Shown: one piece after another, positions 10,610-20,058 of the stretch | Layout: each line of letters opens with the position of its first letter | Position numbering within the stretch: the stretch's first letter is position 1 | Assembly: GCA_046726355.1 (NCBI GenBank) | Contig: JBKPAI010000051.1 | Location: forward strand, 1,106-65,105 | Origin: Acidobacteriota bacterium | Lineage (GTDB): Bacteria > Acidobacteriota > Vicinamibacteria > Vicinamibacterales > CAVVIG01 | Length of the DNA: 64,000 nt | Direction: 5' to 3' | Notes under the pieces: generated by a model | What the model was told of the DNA's origin: nothing | Databases searched by the model: none | What the model saw: the letters and a program-made list of their open reading frames with translations, nothing else | Translations under genes and position numbers: made by a program

Positions 10610-12751
10610 TCACCTCCGCGCGCGAAGCGCCGGATCGACGTGTTCGAGCAGGGCCGCGACGACGGCGATCGAGCGTGACTGCACCACATACGTCGGGTCG
10701 GCGACGTCCGGTGCGTGCGCCCAGCGCGAGATGTCGGCGGGCGAAGCGAGTGCGGTGTCGATGCAACGCCGCCAGCGCGCGGCTCCATTGGCTGGAGCAG
10801 GCGGCAGCTCGAATGCGAGCGGCTCCCAGTACGCGTTGAACATGCAATGGAGCACGAACCGTGAATGCAGGCTCCGGAGCGTGAAGGCCAGCGAGTGCGA
10901 GTGATCGCTCCAGTCCGGACAGCCGAGCCTCACACCGTGCCAGTCGATGCGTGCGCGGCGCAGCAGGTCGTTCAGCGCCGGCGCGGTTGGCTCCGACACG
11001 ATGTCGCGCCGCTGGCGAAACGCCGCGAGTTCCTTCACGAACCGATGCATGCCGGCGTGTCGGTCGAGCAGACCCCAGTCGAACCAGCTGATCTCGGCGT
11101 CCTGGCAATACGCGTTGTTGTTGCCGCACTGCGTCCGGCGGACCTCGTCGCCCATCAGCAGCATCGGCGTGCCCGCAGCGAGCAGCGTCAGCGTCAGGAA
11201 GTTCTTGACCTGCCGATCGCGCAGCGCGTCGATGTCGGGGTCGTCGGTCGGCCCTTCGACGCCGCAGTTCCAGCTCGCGTTGTCGTCCGCGCCGTCCCGG
11301 TTGTCCTCGCCGTTCGCCTCGTTGTGTTTTCGATCGTACGACACGAGATCGTTGAGGGTGAACCCGTCGTGACAGGTGACGAAGTTGATGCTCTGCTCGG
11401 CCTCGCGTTGCTCGTGTCCGTAGATGTCGGGGCTGCCGAGCAGCCGTGCGGCGAGCGCCGTCACCGATCGATCGTCGCCCTTCAGGAAGCGCCGCGCGTC
11501 GTCGCGAAACCGGCCGTTCCACTCCTGCCAGGCGTCGCCGACGAAGTGTCCCACTTGGTAGAGGCCGGCGGCATCCCAGGCCTCCGCAATCAGCTTGCTC
11601 CCGGCCAGGAGCGGATCCGACTCGATGTCCCACAGGACGGGTGGATTCGGCAGCGGCCGGCCCGTCTCGTCGCGCGACAGGATCGACGCGAGGTCGAAGC
11701 GGAAGCCGTCGACGTGCATGTGAGTCACCCAGTACCGCAAACTGTCCTGGATCAGCCGCCGCACGATCGGATGGTTCGCGTTCAGCGTGTTGCCGCAGCC
11801 GGTGTAGTCGGCGTAGCGCGACCGGTCCGCCTCGAGGGTGTAGTAGAAGTCGTTGGCCAGGCCGCGGTAGCACAGCGTCGGCCCGTTCGCGCCGTCTTCG
11901 GCCGTGTGATTGAAGACCACGTCGAGGATGACTTCGATGCCCGCTCGGTGGAACGCCTTGACCATGTCGCGGAATTCATCGAGCACGCCGAGCGGGTTCC
12001 GGCGCGAGCTGTAGCCATGATGCGGCGCGAAGAACGAAACCGGCTGGTACCCCCAATAGTTGGTGCGGCCTCGCGGCGCATCCTGGGGATCGAACTGGAA
12101 GACGGGCAGCAGTTCCACCGCCGTGATGCCGAGCTCCTTCAGGTAGGGAATCTTTTCGACCAATCCGGCGTACGTCCCGCGCCGCGCGCGCGCGACGCCC
12201 GAGCTGGGATGGTTGGTGAAGCCGCGTACGTGCAGCTCGTAGATCACCGTCTCGGCCGGGCGACGATGGAGCGGCGCGTCGCCTTCCCAGTCGTACCGCT
12301 GGGGATCGGCCACGACGCTCTTCATGGCGGTCGCGGCGCTGGAACCCGGCCGGCACGCCGCGTCCCGGCAGTACGCGCCAGGCACCGCGACGGCGAGGCC
12401 GTATGGATCGATCAACACCTTGTCGGCATCGAAACGGAGCCCGCGTGCCGGATCGAATGGTCCGTGGGCACGGTAGGCGTAGACCTGGCCCGGCTCGAGG
12501 CCGGGAACGAAGACGTGCCAGTAGTGGTAGGTGCGATGGGTCGGCGCCGCGAGGGAGATAGTCCGGGAAGGCTCGGTCGCCTCCGCGTCGTCGAACAGCA
12601 GCAGATCGACGAGGGTGGCGTCCTTCGCGAACACGCTGAAGTTGACCCCGCCCGGAAGGACCGTGGCTCCCAGCGGCGCGCTTCGACCGGTCGTGCCAAC
12701 GGCAGGTCCGATCGCGACGCCGCGGCTGCTTGAGGCGGCAGTGGCGCTCAT
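10610..12751 (-). CDS. glgX: glycogen debranching enzyme / isoamylase (GH13)
   Basis: Motifs GVNFSVF, IYELHVRGFT, NYWGY, DVVFNHT, DGFRFDLAS, IAEAWD, NFVTCHDGFTL. Start ATG 12751 overlaps the glgP stop. Confidence 0.94.
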   Translation of the reverse strand: MSATAASSSRGVAIGPAVGTTGRSAPLGATVLPGGVNFSVFAKDATLVDLLLFDDAEATEPSRTISLAAPTHRTYHYWHVFVPGLEPGQVYAYRAHGPFDPARGLRFDADKVLIDPYGLAVAVPGAYCRDAACRPGSSAATAMKSVVADPQRYDWEGDAPLHRRPAETVIYELHVRGFTNHPSSGVARARRGTYAGLVEKIPYLKELGITAVELLPVFQFDPQDAPRGRTNYWGYQPVSFFAPHHGYSSRRNPLGVLDEFRDMVKAFHRAGIEVILDVVFNHTAEDGANGPTLCYRGLANDFYYTLEADRSRYADYTGCGNTLNANHPIVRRLIQDSLRYWVTHMHVDGFRFDLASILSRDETGRPLPNPPVLWDIESDPLLAGSKLIAEAWDAAGLYQVGHFVGDAWQEWNGRFRDDARRFLKGDDRSVTALAARLLGSPDIYGHEQREAEQSINFVTCHDGFTLNDLVSYDRKHNEANGEDNRDGADDNASWNCGVEGPTDDPDIDALRDRQVKNFLTLTLLAAGTPMLLMGDEVRRTQCGNNNAYCQDAEISWFDWGLLDRHAGMHRFVKELAAFRQRRDIVSEPTAPALNDLLRRARIDWHGVRLGCPDWSDHSHSLAFTLRSLHSRFVLHCMFNAYWEPLAFELPPAPANGAARWRRCIDTALASPADISRWAHAPDVADPTYVVQSRSIAVVAALLEHVDPALRARR

Positions 12752-15273
12752 ACCGCGATTTCGGGTGAGACGATTGGCGTGACGTGCCAGATGTCGCGGC
12801 AATACTCCCGAATCGAACGGTCGGACGAGAAGTGGCCGACGCGAGCGGTGTTGAGAATCGACATGCGACTCCACCTCCGGTGGTCGGCGAACGCGTCGTC
12901 GACGCGTTGCTGCGCGTCGACGTAGGCCTGAAAGTCGGCCAGGAGCAGGTAGTCGTCGCGGGTCAGCAGCGAGTCCACGAGCGGCCTGAAGAGGTCTCGG
13001 TCGCCGTTCGAAAACGCCCCCGCCGCGATGAGGTCGATCGCGTCCCGGAGCTCGGCATTCGATTCGTAGATGGATCGCGGGTTGTAGCCGCCGGATTTCA
13101 GCTGAGCGACCTCGCCGGCGGTCAGGCCGAACAGGAAGAAGTTCTCGTGCCCCACGGCGTCGCGGATCTCGACGTTCGCGCCGTCCAGCGTCCCGATCGT
13201 CACGGCGCCGTTCATCGCGAACTTCATGTTGCCGGTGCCCGACGCCTCCTTGCCGGCCATGGAGATCTGTTCGGAGAGATCGGCGGCAGGGTAGACACGC
13301 TGACCGCTCTTCACGTTGAAGTCCGGCAGGAACACGACCGTCAGAACCTTCGAGGCCGCCGGATCGCGGTTGATGACATCGGCGACCCCGGTGATCAGCC
13401 TGATGATCAGCTTGGCCATGCGGTACCCGGGCGCCGCCTTGCCGCCGAAGATCACGGTACGCGGCGTGATGGCCGGGCCGGCGCCGCGCCTGATCCGGTT
13501 GTACAGCGCGATCAGGTACAGAGCGTTCAGGTGCTGCCGCTTGTATTCGTGCAGCCGTTTCACCTGAATGTCGAACAGCGACTGGGGATCCGGTGTGATG
13601 CCGGTGCGCTGGTTGACGAAGGCGGCGAGGGCGACTTTGTTGGCGCTCTTCACCGCCTGCCACTGCCGCTGGAACTCGTCGTCCCCGGCGAGCGGCTCGA
13701 TTCGACCGAGCTCTTCTTCGAGGTTCGAGATCCATCCCGGGCCGATGTGGAAGGTAATCAGCTCGGCCAGCTTCGGGTTGCTGAGCACCATCCAGCGCCG
13801 GGGCGTCACGCCGTTGGTCACGTTGAGGAACCGTTCCGGCGCCAGCGCGTGAAAATCTTTCAGCACCGTCTGCTTGAGGAGCTCCGTATGCAGCGCCGCC
13901 ACGCCGTTGATCGCGTGGCTGCCGACGCAGGCCAGGTGCGCCATTCGCACGTATTTCTCGCCGGTCTCTTCGACCAGCGACAGCCGGCACAGCAGGTCAT
14001 CGTCGCCGGGACAGCGGCGGCGCACATCGTCGAGGAACCGTTGGTTGATCTCGTAAATGATCTCGAGATGGCGGGGCAGCAGCCGGCCGAACAACGGCAG
14101 CGGCCACTTCTCGAGCGCCTCGGCCAGCAGCGTGTGGTTCGTGTACCCGCAGGTTCGTTGGGTGATGTCCCACGAGCGATCCCACTCCAGCCCATGCTCG
14201 TCGACCAGCAGCCGCATCAGCTCGGCCACGGCGATGGCGGGATGCGTGTCGTTCAACTGCGCGGCCCAGAACGAGTCGAGCTCTTCGATCGGTCTGCCGC
14301 GCGCCAGATGGAGACGGATCATGTCCTGCAGCGAACAGGACACGAAGAAGTACTGCTGCGCGAGCCGCAGTTTCTTCCCCGCTTCGGGTTCGTCGTTCGG
14401 GTACAACACCTTGGAGATGGTTTCGGAAGCCACCTTCGTTTCCACGGCGCGGTAGTAATCGCCGATGTTGAACGCCTCGAAATCGAAGGACTCGGTGGCT
14501 TCGGCCTTCCACAGGCGCAGCAGATTGGTGGTCGCGGCGTGGTAGCCGGGCACGGGCGTGTCGCAGGCGACACCCTTGACCACATGGTCGGGAAGCCAGC
14601 GAACCCGGTACTGATCGCGTTCGTTGCGGCCGTGCTCGGTTCGGCCGCCGAATTTCACATCACAGGTGATCTCCGGGCGCACGATCTCCCAGGGGTTGCC
14701 GAAGCGCAGCCACTTGTCGGTCAGCTCCACCTGCCAGCCGTCGCGAATTGCCTGATCGAAGATGCCGAACTCGTAACGGACGCCGTACCCGATCGCGGGA
14801 ATGTTCAGCGTTGCCAGCGAATCCAGGTAGCACGCGGCCAGCCGGCCGAGGCCGCCGTTGCCCAGACCCGGCTCTTCCTCCTGTTCGAGCAGCGTCACGA
14901 GGTCCTGGCCGACCCGCCCGATGGCTTCGTCGGCCGTCTGCCACATCCCGAGGTTGATGAGGGCGTTGCCCAGATGCGGTCCGGTCAGGAATTCGGCGGA
15001 CAGGTACGCCACGACCTTTGCCGACCCGTTCGGGGCCGTGATCGTGTCGACGGTCGCGATGTAGCGATCCAGCAGGCGATCGCGGACCGTAAAGGCGAGC
15101 GCCATGTACCAGTCGTGGCGCGTGGCGTGTCTCGGGAGCTTCGCCTGCAGGCAATGAAGGTTGTCGATCAACGCGTCCGCAATGTCAGCGGCCCCGAGGC
15201 CGCGGCGAACGTTTCCCTGGCGACTTCGATGGCCTGAGTTCGGTGCCGACTCGTGGGCGACCCGTGTCTTCAT
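12748..15273 (-). CDS. glgP: glycogen/maltodextrin phosphorylase (GT35)
   Basis: Motifs LGNGGLGRLAAC, LYPND, QLNDTHP, YTNHTLL, TNGVTPRRW, KRLHEYKRQ, EASGTGNMKF (PLP Lys). Confidence 0.96.
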   Translation of the reverse strand: MKTRVAHESAPNSGHRSRQGNVRRGLGAADIADALIDNLHCLQAKLPRHATRHDWYMALAFTVRDRLLDRYIATVDTITAPNGSAKVVAYLSAEFLTGPHLGNALINLGMWQTADEAIGRVGQDLVTLLEQEEEPGLGNGGLGRLAACYLDSLATLNIPAIGYGVRYEFGIFDQAIRDGWQVELTDKWLRFGNPWEIVRPEITCDVKFGGRTEHGRNERDQYRVRWLPDHVVKGVACDTPVPGYHAATTNLLRLWKAEATESFDFEAFNIGDYYRAVETKVASETISKVLYPNDEPEAGKKLRLAQQYFFVSCSLQDMIRLHLARGRPIEELDSFWAAQLNDTHPAIAVAELMRLLVDEHGLEWDRSWDITQRTCGYTNHTLLAEALEKWPLPLFGRLLPRHLEIIYEINQRFLDDVRRRCPGDDDLLCRLSLVEETGEKYVRMAHLACVGSHAINGVAALHTELLKQTVLKDFHALAPERFLNVTNGVTPRRWMVLSNPKLAELITFHIGPGWISNLEEELGRIEPLAGDDEFQRQWQAVKSANKVALAAFVNQRTGITPDPQSLFDIQVKRLHEYKRQHLNALYLIALYNRIRRGAGPAITPRTVIFGGKAAPGYRMAKLIIRLITGVADVINRDPAASKVLTVVFLPDFNVKSGQRVYPAADLSEQISMAGKEASGTGNMKFAMNGAVTIGTLDGANVEIRDAVGHENFFLFGLTAGEVAQLKSGGYNPRSIYESNAELRDAIDLIAAGAFSNGDRDLFRPLVDSLLTRDDYLLLADFQAYVDAQQRVDDAFADHRRWSRMSILNTARVGHFSSDRSIREYCRDIWHVTPIVSPEIAV

Positions 15274-15324
15274 ACGCTCTCCGCGCGTTCGTCGCGTTTC
15301 ACGAGGTCCGATGCCGCCGTCGTT

Positions 15325-15885
15325 CTACTTCTTCGCCACCGGCGGATAGTTCTTCAGCACCTTCGCGACAGCCTTGTCCAGGTTCTTCTGCTGTTTCTCC
15401 GGTTTCGCCTTTTGATCGAGCGTCTTGCTCGCCACGCCGCGCCAGACGAGATTGCGCGCCGCCGAGGCGTACATATCAAGCGCCAGCTGACCGACGTAAA
15501 TCGTCGAAGTCTGACCGGTCGTCATACCGCCGCCGCCGCCATACCAGCCGCCGCCGTGCCATCCCGGACCGTAGCCCCAGCCGGTGTCGAAGGAGGTGTA
15601 TTCCTTCTCTTGGCCGACGGCGGCCTGGTAGCCGATCAGCAGGTCGGCGTTGTCGGCATCGGAGCGCGTGAGTCCTTTCTTCGCGAGCTCGGCGTCGACG
15701 GCCGCCTTGACTTGTTTGTCCGCCAGGTCACTCAGCTGCGTGGCGCCTTTGATCACGACCCATTTGTAGGTCTTGAACGTCGAGAAGTTGCAGTCCTTGT
15801 CGAAGTTGTAGCGGACGTCCTGCGCGAGCGCGGGGCGCGCGGCCGCCAGGAGCAGAACCAACGGGAAGACGAATGGCGATCTCAT
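15325..15885 (-). CDS. exported DUF4136-like protein
   Basis: Signal peptide (MRSPFVFPLVLLLAAARPALA), DxNFSTFKTYKW, a Gly/Trp/Tyr-rich loop, GQLALDMY...LVWRG. An SD (AAAGGAA) precedes ATG 15885. Confidence 0.75.
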   Translation of the reverse strand: MRSPFVFPLVLLLAAARPALAQDVRYNFDKDCNFSTFKTYKWVVIKGATQLSDLADKQVKAAVDAELAKKGLTRSDADNADLLIGYQAAVGQEKEYTSFDTGWGYGPGWHGGGWYGGGGGMTTGQTSTIYVGQLALDMYASAARNLVWRGVASKTLDQKAKPEKQQKNLDKAVAKVLKNYPPVAKK

Positions 15886-15933
15886 CGCGATCGTTCCTTT
15901 CTTGAAGTCGGACCAAGTACGGCGTGCTGTCTG

Positions 15934-15949
15934 TGCAAACGGCACGCCT
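15934..15949 (-). promoter_or_regulatory. putative sigma54 -24/-12 promoter of the DUF4136-glgP...tal-pgi block
   Basis: Minus strand reads AGGCGTGCCGTTTGCA (GG-N10-GC, TTGCA at -12), 50 nt upstream of ATG 15885. Confidence 0.65.
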
Positions 15950-16023
15950 GTGTCGATGCACCGCGGCTGGCCGTCCTCGCTTCGCGATCGCCGAGCGTGC
16001 GCGGTGGTAGACGTTTCCTGCTG

Positions 16024-16037
16024 TCCGACATTTCGGA
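16024..16037. promoter_or_regulatory. palindrome TCCGA-N4-TCGGA, putative activator binding site
   Basis: TCCGACATTTCGGA lies between two divergent sigma54-like promoters. The same motif occurs at 39704, 46752 and 60664. Confidence 0.65.
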
Positions 16038-16165
16038 GCGTCTCCGGTCGACCGGGGGCGCAATCGATGGAAGACGGCGCGGTCGCATCGCGAAAGGCCC
16101 GGGTTCAGCTCTGCGCCGAACAGACTTGTCGGCCTCGGTGTTGAAACGCCGTTTGTGACCGATGG

Positions 16166-16181
16166 TGGCATGCGGTCTGCC
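16166..16181 (+). promoter_or_regulatory. putative sigma54 -24/-12 promoter of the porin-amidohydrolase-glutaminase block
   Basis: TGGCATGCGGTCTGCC (GG-N10-GC). It overlaps the ORF-track ATG 16162, which favours GTG 16195 as the start. Confidence 0.6.
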
Positions 16182-16194
16182 TTGGTGCGGGCGT

Positions 16195-17724
16195 GTGTGC
16201 CCTTCACACTGCGGGCTTCATGCGGCCGCGGCGGTAGTGATCGTGACCGTTGCTGCACCCGCGGCGGGTCGTTGTCAGACGGCTGGACCCTCGGGCTCCG
16301 ACTCCGCTCCGGCCCTGACCTGCTCGTCGGTGCCAGGTACGCTCGAACACTGCGCGGCGGACACGTCGGCCGGCGTCGCGCTGATCCGGTCGACCGGCGA
16401 GGGACCGTGCCTCCTCGGCAAGACGTGGGGGTACGACGACACGGGGATCTGGGTGTCGGATGGCTGCAGCGCCGCCTTCGTCGCTGGCCAGGCCACCGCC
16501 GCGCCGTCGGCGGAAGGAGAGAAGCACAAGCCCTTCGAACACGTCCCCAACGCCGGCTTCCTGCTGTACGACGGCGATCTGGGTCAGATTTATTTCCGGC
16601 TTTTCAGCTACGCGCGGTACCTGAATCAGCGCACGCTGGATGGCAGCTATACCGACGCGTTCGGCAACACCCATTCCGTGCAGCGGCGCCAGGATGTGCA
16701 GCTGCAGAAGTTCTTCTCGCCCGTCAGCGGGTGGTTCCTCAGACCGAAGTTCCGGTACTACCTGTACGTCTGGTCGTCGAACCCGTCACAGGGCGATCCG
16801 GCCCAGGTCGTGGGGGCGGGCAACTTGAGCTACGCGTTCAATCGCTTCCTGACCGTCGGTGCCGGCATCACGTCGCTGCCCACGGTGCGAAGCACCGAAG
16901 GGCAATTTCCCTACTGGCTCGGCGTCGACGACCGGATGACCGCCGACGAATTCTTCCGAGGGTCGTACACCAACGGCGTCTGGCTCAAGGGTGAGCTCCC
17001 CGCCAAGTTGAAGTACATGGCGATGGTCGCCACGAACCTGAGCATTCTCGGCGTCAGTGCGGCGCAGCTGGACAACCGGATGGACACTCAGTCCTGCATG
17101 CTGCAATGGCTGCCGACGACGGGCGAGTTCGGCCTGTACGGAACGTTCGGCGACTTCGACGACCACGAGAAAGTCGCCACCCGGCTGGGCGTGCACTTCT
17201 CGCACAGCCTCGAGAACAAGCAAAGCCAGCCGGGGGCAAACGCGATCGAGAACACTCAGATCCGCCTCACCGACGGAAGCATCGTCTTCACGCCGGATCT
17301 GTTAGGCCCCGGGATCGCGGTCGACACCGTCGACTACAAGATGACGAGCATCGACGGCGGCATCAAGTACCGCGGACTGTCGCTCGAAGCCGAGTACTAC
17401 CGGCGGCGGCTGACCGACTTCACCGGCGTCAACACCGCCGGCATTCCCGACGTCGCCGACACCGGCTATCAGCTCCAGTCATCAGCGATGCTCGTGCCGA
17501 AGAACCTGCAGGTCTATGTCAGCGGATCGCAGATCTTCGGCCGCTACGGCGACTCGTCCGAGTTACGCGTCGGCGAGAACTGGTACTTCACGGGAGACCG
17601 CGGGCTCCGCATCAACGCCGAGTTCATCCACGTGAACAAGAGCCCGGTCGGCTATACCGCCTATCCGATGCCCGTCGGCGCGAACGGCAACATCGTCCAC
17701 GTCAACCTGGAGATGAACTTCTGA
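16195..17724 (+). CDS. outer-membrane beta-barrel with N-terminal four-Cys DUF3011-like domain
   Basis: A hydrophobic N-terminus is followed by LTCSS...HC...PCLLGKTWGYDDTGIWVSDGCSAAF, then amphipathic beta-strands and a C-terminal Phe (VHVNLEMNF). Start is uncertain (16162 or 16195). Confidence 0.65.
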   Translation: MCPSHCGLHAAAAVVIVTVAAPAAGRCQTAGPSGSDSAPALTCSSVPGTLEHCAADTSAGVALIRSTGEGPCLLGKTWGYDDTGIWVSDGCSAAFVAGQATAAPSAEGEKHKPFEHVPNAGFLLYDGDLGQIYFRLFSYARYLNQRTLDGSYTDAFGNTHSVQRRQDVQLQKFFSPVSGWFLRPKFRYYLYVWSSNPSQGDPAQVVGAGNLSYAFNRFLTVGAGITSLPTVRSTEGQFPYWLGVDDRMTADEFFRGSYTNGVWLKGELPAKLKYMAMVATNLSILGVSAAQLDNRMDTQSCMLQWLPTTGEFGLYGTFGDFDDHEKVATRLGVHFSHSLENKQSQPGANAIENTQIRLTDGSIVFTPDLLGPGIAVDTVDYKMTSIDGGIKYRGLSLEAEYYRRRLTDFTGVNTAGIPDVADTGYQLQSSAMLVPKNLQVYVSGSQIFGRYGDSSELRVGENWYFTGDRGLRINAEFIHVNKSPVGYTAYPMPVGANGNIVHVNLEMNF

Positions 17725-18824
17725 TGATCGTGCCCGCTCGCCCCACGATGATCCGCGCGGTGGCGGCCGCTCTCGCACTTGTCGGCGCTGGAGCGCCTGC
17801 CGGCCGGGCCGCGCCGCAGCCGCGCGACGCGTACGAGATCCACGACACGCACTTTCATCTGACCAACTACATCCAGGAAGGCACGAGCATCCACGACTTC
17901 CTCAAGATCATGGGAACGAAGGTCGGCCGTGTCGCGCTGTTCGGCATTCCGCTGCAGCAGCAGTGGTCGTACGGCAACAGCGGAGACTTCGCGCCAACCT
18001 ACTACCTGCAGACCGACGCGCCCCTCTACTACTACTCGTTCACCGACGCGTTCATCGCGATGGCGTACAAATCGCTGGCGCCGGCGGAGCAGGCCCGGTT
18101 CGATCCGATGATCACCGGGTTCAACCCGGCCGACATGTACGCCGCCGATCACGTCCGGCGCGTGCTCACGACGTTCCCCGGCGTGTTCTCCGGGATCGGC
18201 GAGTTCACCATCCACAAGGAGTTCGTCTCGTCGAAGATCGCCGGCGAAACCGCCAGCCTCACGAATCCCGCGCTCGATCGCCTCCTCGACTTCGCCGGCG
18301 AGGTCGGCCTCGTCGCGCTGCTGCACAGCGACGTCGACATGCCGTTCCCGAAGCCGGGCCAGGAACCGTATCAGGTGGCGCAGCTGCGCGACCTGTTCCT
18401 GCGTCACCCGAAGACCACGATTATCTGGGCGCACATCGGCCTCGGCCGGGTCGTCCGGCCGGTCGCCGACCAGATCGGCATCATCGAGCGCGCCCTCGCG
18501 AATCCCGCTCTCGCGCACGTCAACGTCGATCTCTCCTGGGACGAGACCGCGAAGTACATCGTCGCCGGGCCGGAATCGATCGCGCTGGTCGCCGGTCTCA
18601 TCAATCGGTATCCAGACCGGTTCCTGTTCGGAACGGACGAAGTCGCGCCGGCCACACAGACGGCGTACCTCAAGGTCTACACGCAGTACGCGCCGCTGCT
18701 CGCGAAGCTGACGCCCGAGGCGAGCGAAAACCTGCGCCGGAAGAACTACGAGCGCCTCTTCGACGAGGCCAGACGCAGGGTCAGGGCCTGGGAGCGGGCG
18801 CACGTCAAGGAGACATCGCAATGA
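17724..18824 (+). CDS. exported metal-dependent amidohydrolase (Amidohydro_2-like TIM barrel)
   Basis: Motifs DTHFH, GIGE, LLHSD, WAHIG, FLFGTD. Signal-like N-terminus MIRAVAAALALVGAGAPAGRA. ATG 17724 overlaps the upstream TGA. Confidence 0.8.
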   Translation: MIVPARPTMIRAVAAALALVGAGAPAGRAAPQPRDAYEIHDTHFHLTNYIQEGTSIHDFLKIMGTKVGRVALFGIPLQQQWSYGNSGDFAPTYYLQTDAPLYYYSFTDAFIAMAYKSLAPAEQARFDPMITGFNPADMYAADHVRRVLTTFPGVFSGIGEFTIHKEFVSSKIAGETASLTNPALDRLLDFAGEVGLVALLHSDVDMPFPKPGQEPYQVAQLRDLFLRHPKTTIIWAHIGLGRVVRPVADQIGIIERALANPALAHVNVDLSWDETAKYIVAGPESIALVAGLINRYPDRFLFGTDEVAPATQTAYLKVYTQYAPLLAKLTPEASENLRRKNYERLFDEARRRVRAWERAHVKETSQ

Positions 18825-20056
18825 AAGACAGTCATCTGTCGGCGCGATGGTGGAGGGTCGCGCCGCTCCTGATCGGTCTGGCTGCCACCGGCGCGGCGAG
18901 CGCCCGAGCGCAGACGCCGCAGGCGGAGAAGCCGGCCCTCGACATCTACGGGTTTGCGCAGGTCGACGCGATCGCCGATTTCAAGCAGAACAATCCCGAT
19001 TGGTACGACGTCAGCCGCCCGTCGAGGCTGCCTGCGTTCGACAATCAGTTCGGCAAAGACGGTCGTTTCTATTTGAGCCCGCGCCAGAGCCGCTTCGGCG
19101 TTCGTGGTGCCCTCCCGACGTCGGCTGGCGACGTCAAGGCCACGTTCGAGTTCGACATGTTCGGCGTCGGCCGCGACGCCGGCCTCACGACAATCCGCCT
19201 GCGCCACGCCTGGGGGCAGTGGAAGCGGGTCGGCGCAGGACAAACGAACAGCACGTTCATGGATGCCGACGTGTTGCCGAACTCGCTCGACTATTGGGGC
19301 CCGAACGGCGCGCTGTTCTTCCGGAACGTGCAGCTGTTCTACGAGCCGTTCAACGACGGGACCGCGAACGCGCGGCTGGCGATCGAGGCGCCGGGCGCGA
19401 GCGGCGACGCGGGCGTTCTCGCCGATCGCATCGAACTGCAGAACGTCCGGCCGCGCTTTCCGATGCCGGATTTCACGGGCCACTATCGTCTCGGCCAGAA
19501 GTGGGGACACGTCCAGATCAGTGGCGCTCTCCGCTACATCGCCTATGACGACACGCTGACGACCGATCAGTTCGATCTGAGCGGACACGTGTGGGGATGG
19601 GGCTTCAGCGGCAGCTCGAACGTGAAAGCCGGTCCCGACGACGTGATTCGCGCTCAGCTGGTCTACGGCGAGGGCATCGAGAACTACTTCAACGACGCGC
19701 CAATCGACGTCGGTCTCAAGCGGAATCCCGGCAACGCGGTCACGCCTGTCGTCGGCGAGGCGCTGCCCGCTTTTGGCCTCGTCCTGTTCGTCGACCACGC
19801 GTGGAGCAAGCGTTTCACGACGGCGGCCGGGTACTCGCGGGTCGACATCACCAACAGCGAGGGCCAGGCGCCGAACGCGTACAAGAACGGGCAGTACGCC
19901 CTCGTCAACCTGCTGTGCACGCCGGCCGCCAACGTGATGCTCGGCGGCGAGTTCCAATGGACCAGGCGGCAGAATTTCTCAGACGGTTTTGGCGTCGACG
20001 ATTTCCGATTGCAGTTCTCACTGAAATACAACTTCGCGACCAGAGTAGGAGGCTAG
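18821..20056 (+). CDS. DcaP-like trimeric outer-membrane porin
   Basis: Signal peptide, IYGFAQVD, RQSRFG, FEFDMFG, RLRHAW, GQTNSTFMD, PDFTGHY, and C-terminal RLQFSLKYNF. Confidence 0.78.
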   Translation: MKDSHLSARWWRVAPLLIGLAATGAASARAQTPQAEKPALDIYGFAQVDAIADFKQNNPDWYDVSRPSRLPAFDNQFGKDGRFYLSPRQSRFGVRGALPTSAGDVKATFEFDMFGVGRDAGLTTIRLRHAWGQWKRVGAGQTNSTFMDADVLPNSLDYWGPNGALFFRNVQLFYEPFNDGTANARLAIEAPGASGDAGVLADRIELQNVRPRFPMPDFTGHYRLGQKWGHVQISGALRYIAYDDTLTTDQFDLSGHVWGWGFSGSSNVKAGPDDVIRAQLVYGEGIENYFNDAPIDVGLKRNPGNAVTPVVGEALPAFGLVLFVDHAWSKRFTTAAGYSRVDITNSEGQAPNAYKNGQYALVNLLCTPAANVMLGGEFQWTRRQNFSDGFGVDDFRLQFSLKYNFATRVGG

Positions 20057-20058
20057 CG

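Noticed and set aside
7329-13990. Apparent long N-terminal extensions or fusions in ORF-track entries (7329..8975, 8351..9589, 8956..10788, 10610..13990; likewise 27866..29452, 28807..30585, 44377..45888, 51296..53461)
   Set aside because: The extensions are off-frame read-throughs of upstream genes in high-GC DNA. Family motifs begin only at internal starts that abut the upstream stop.
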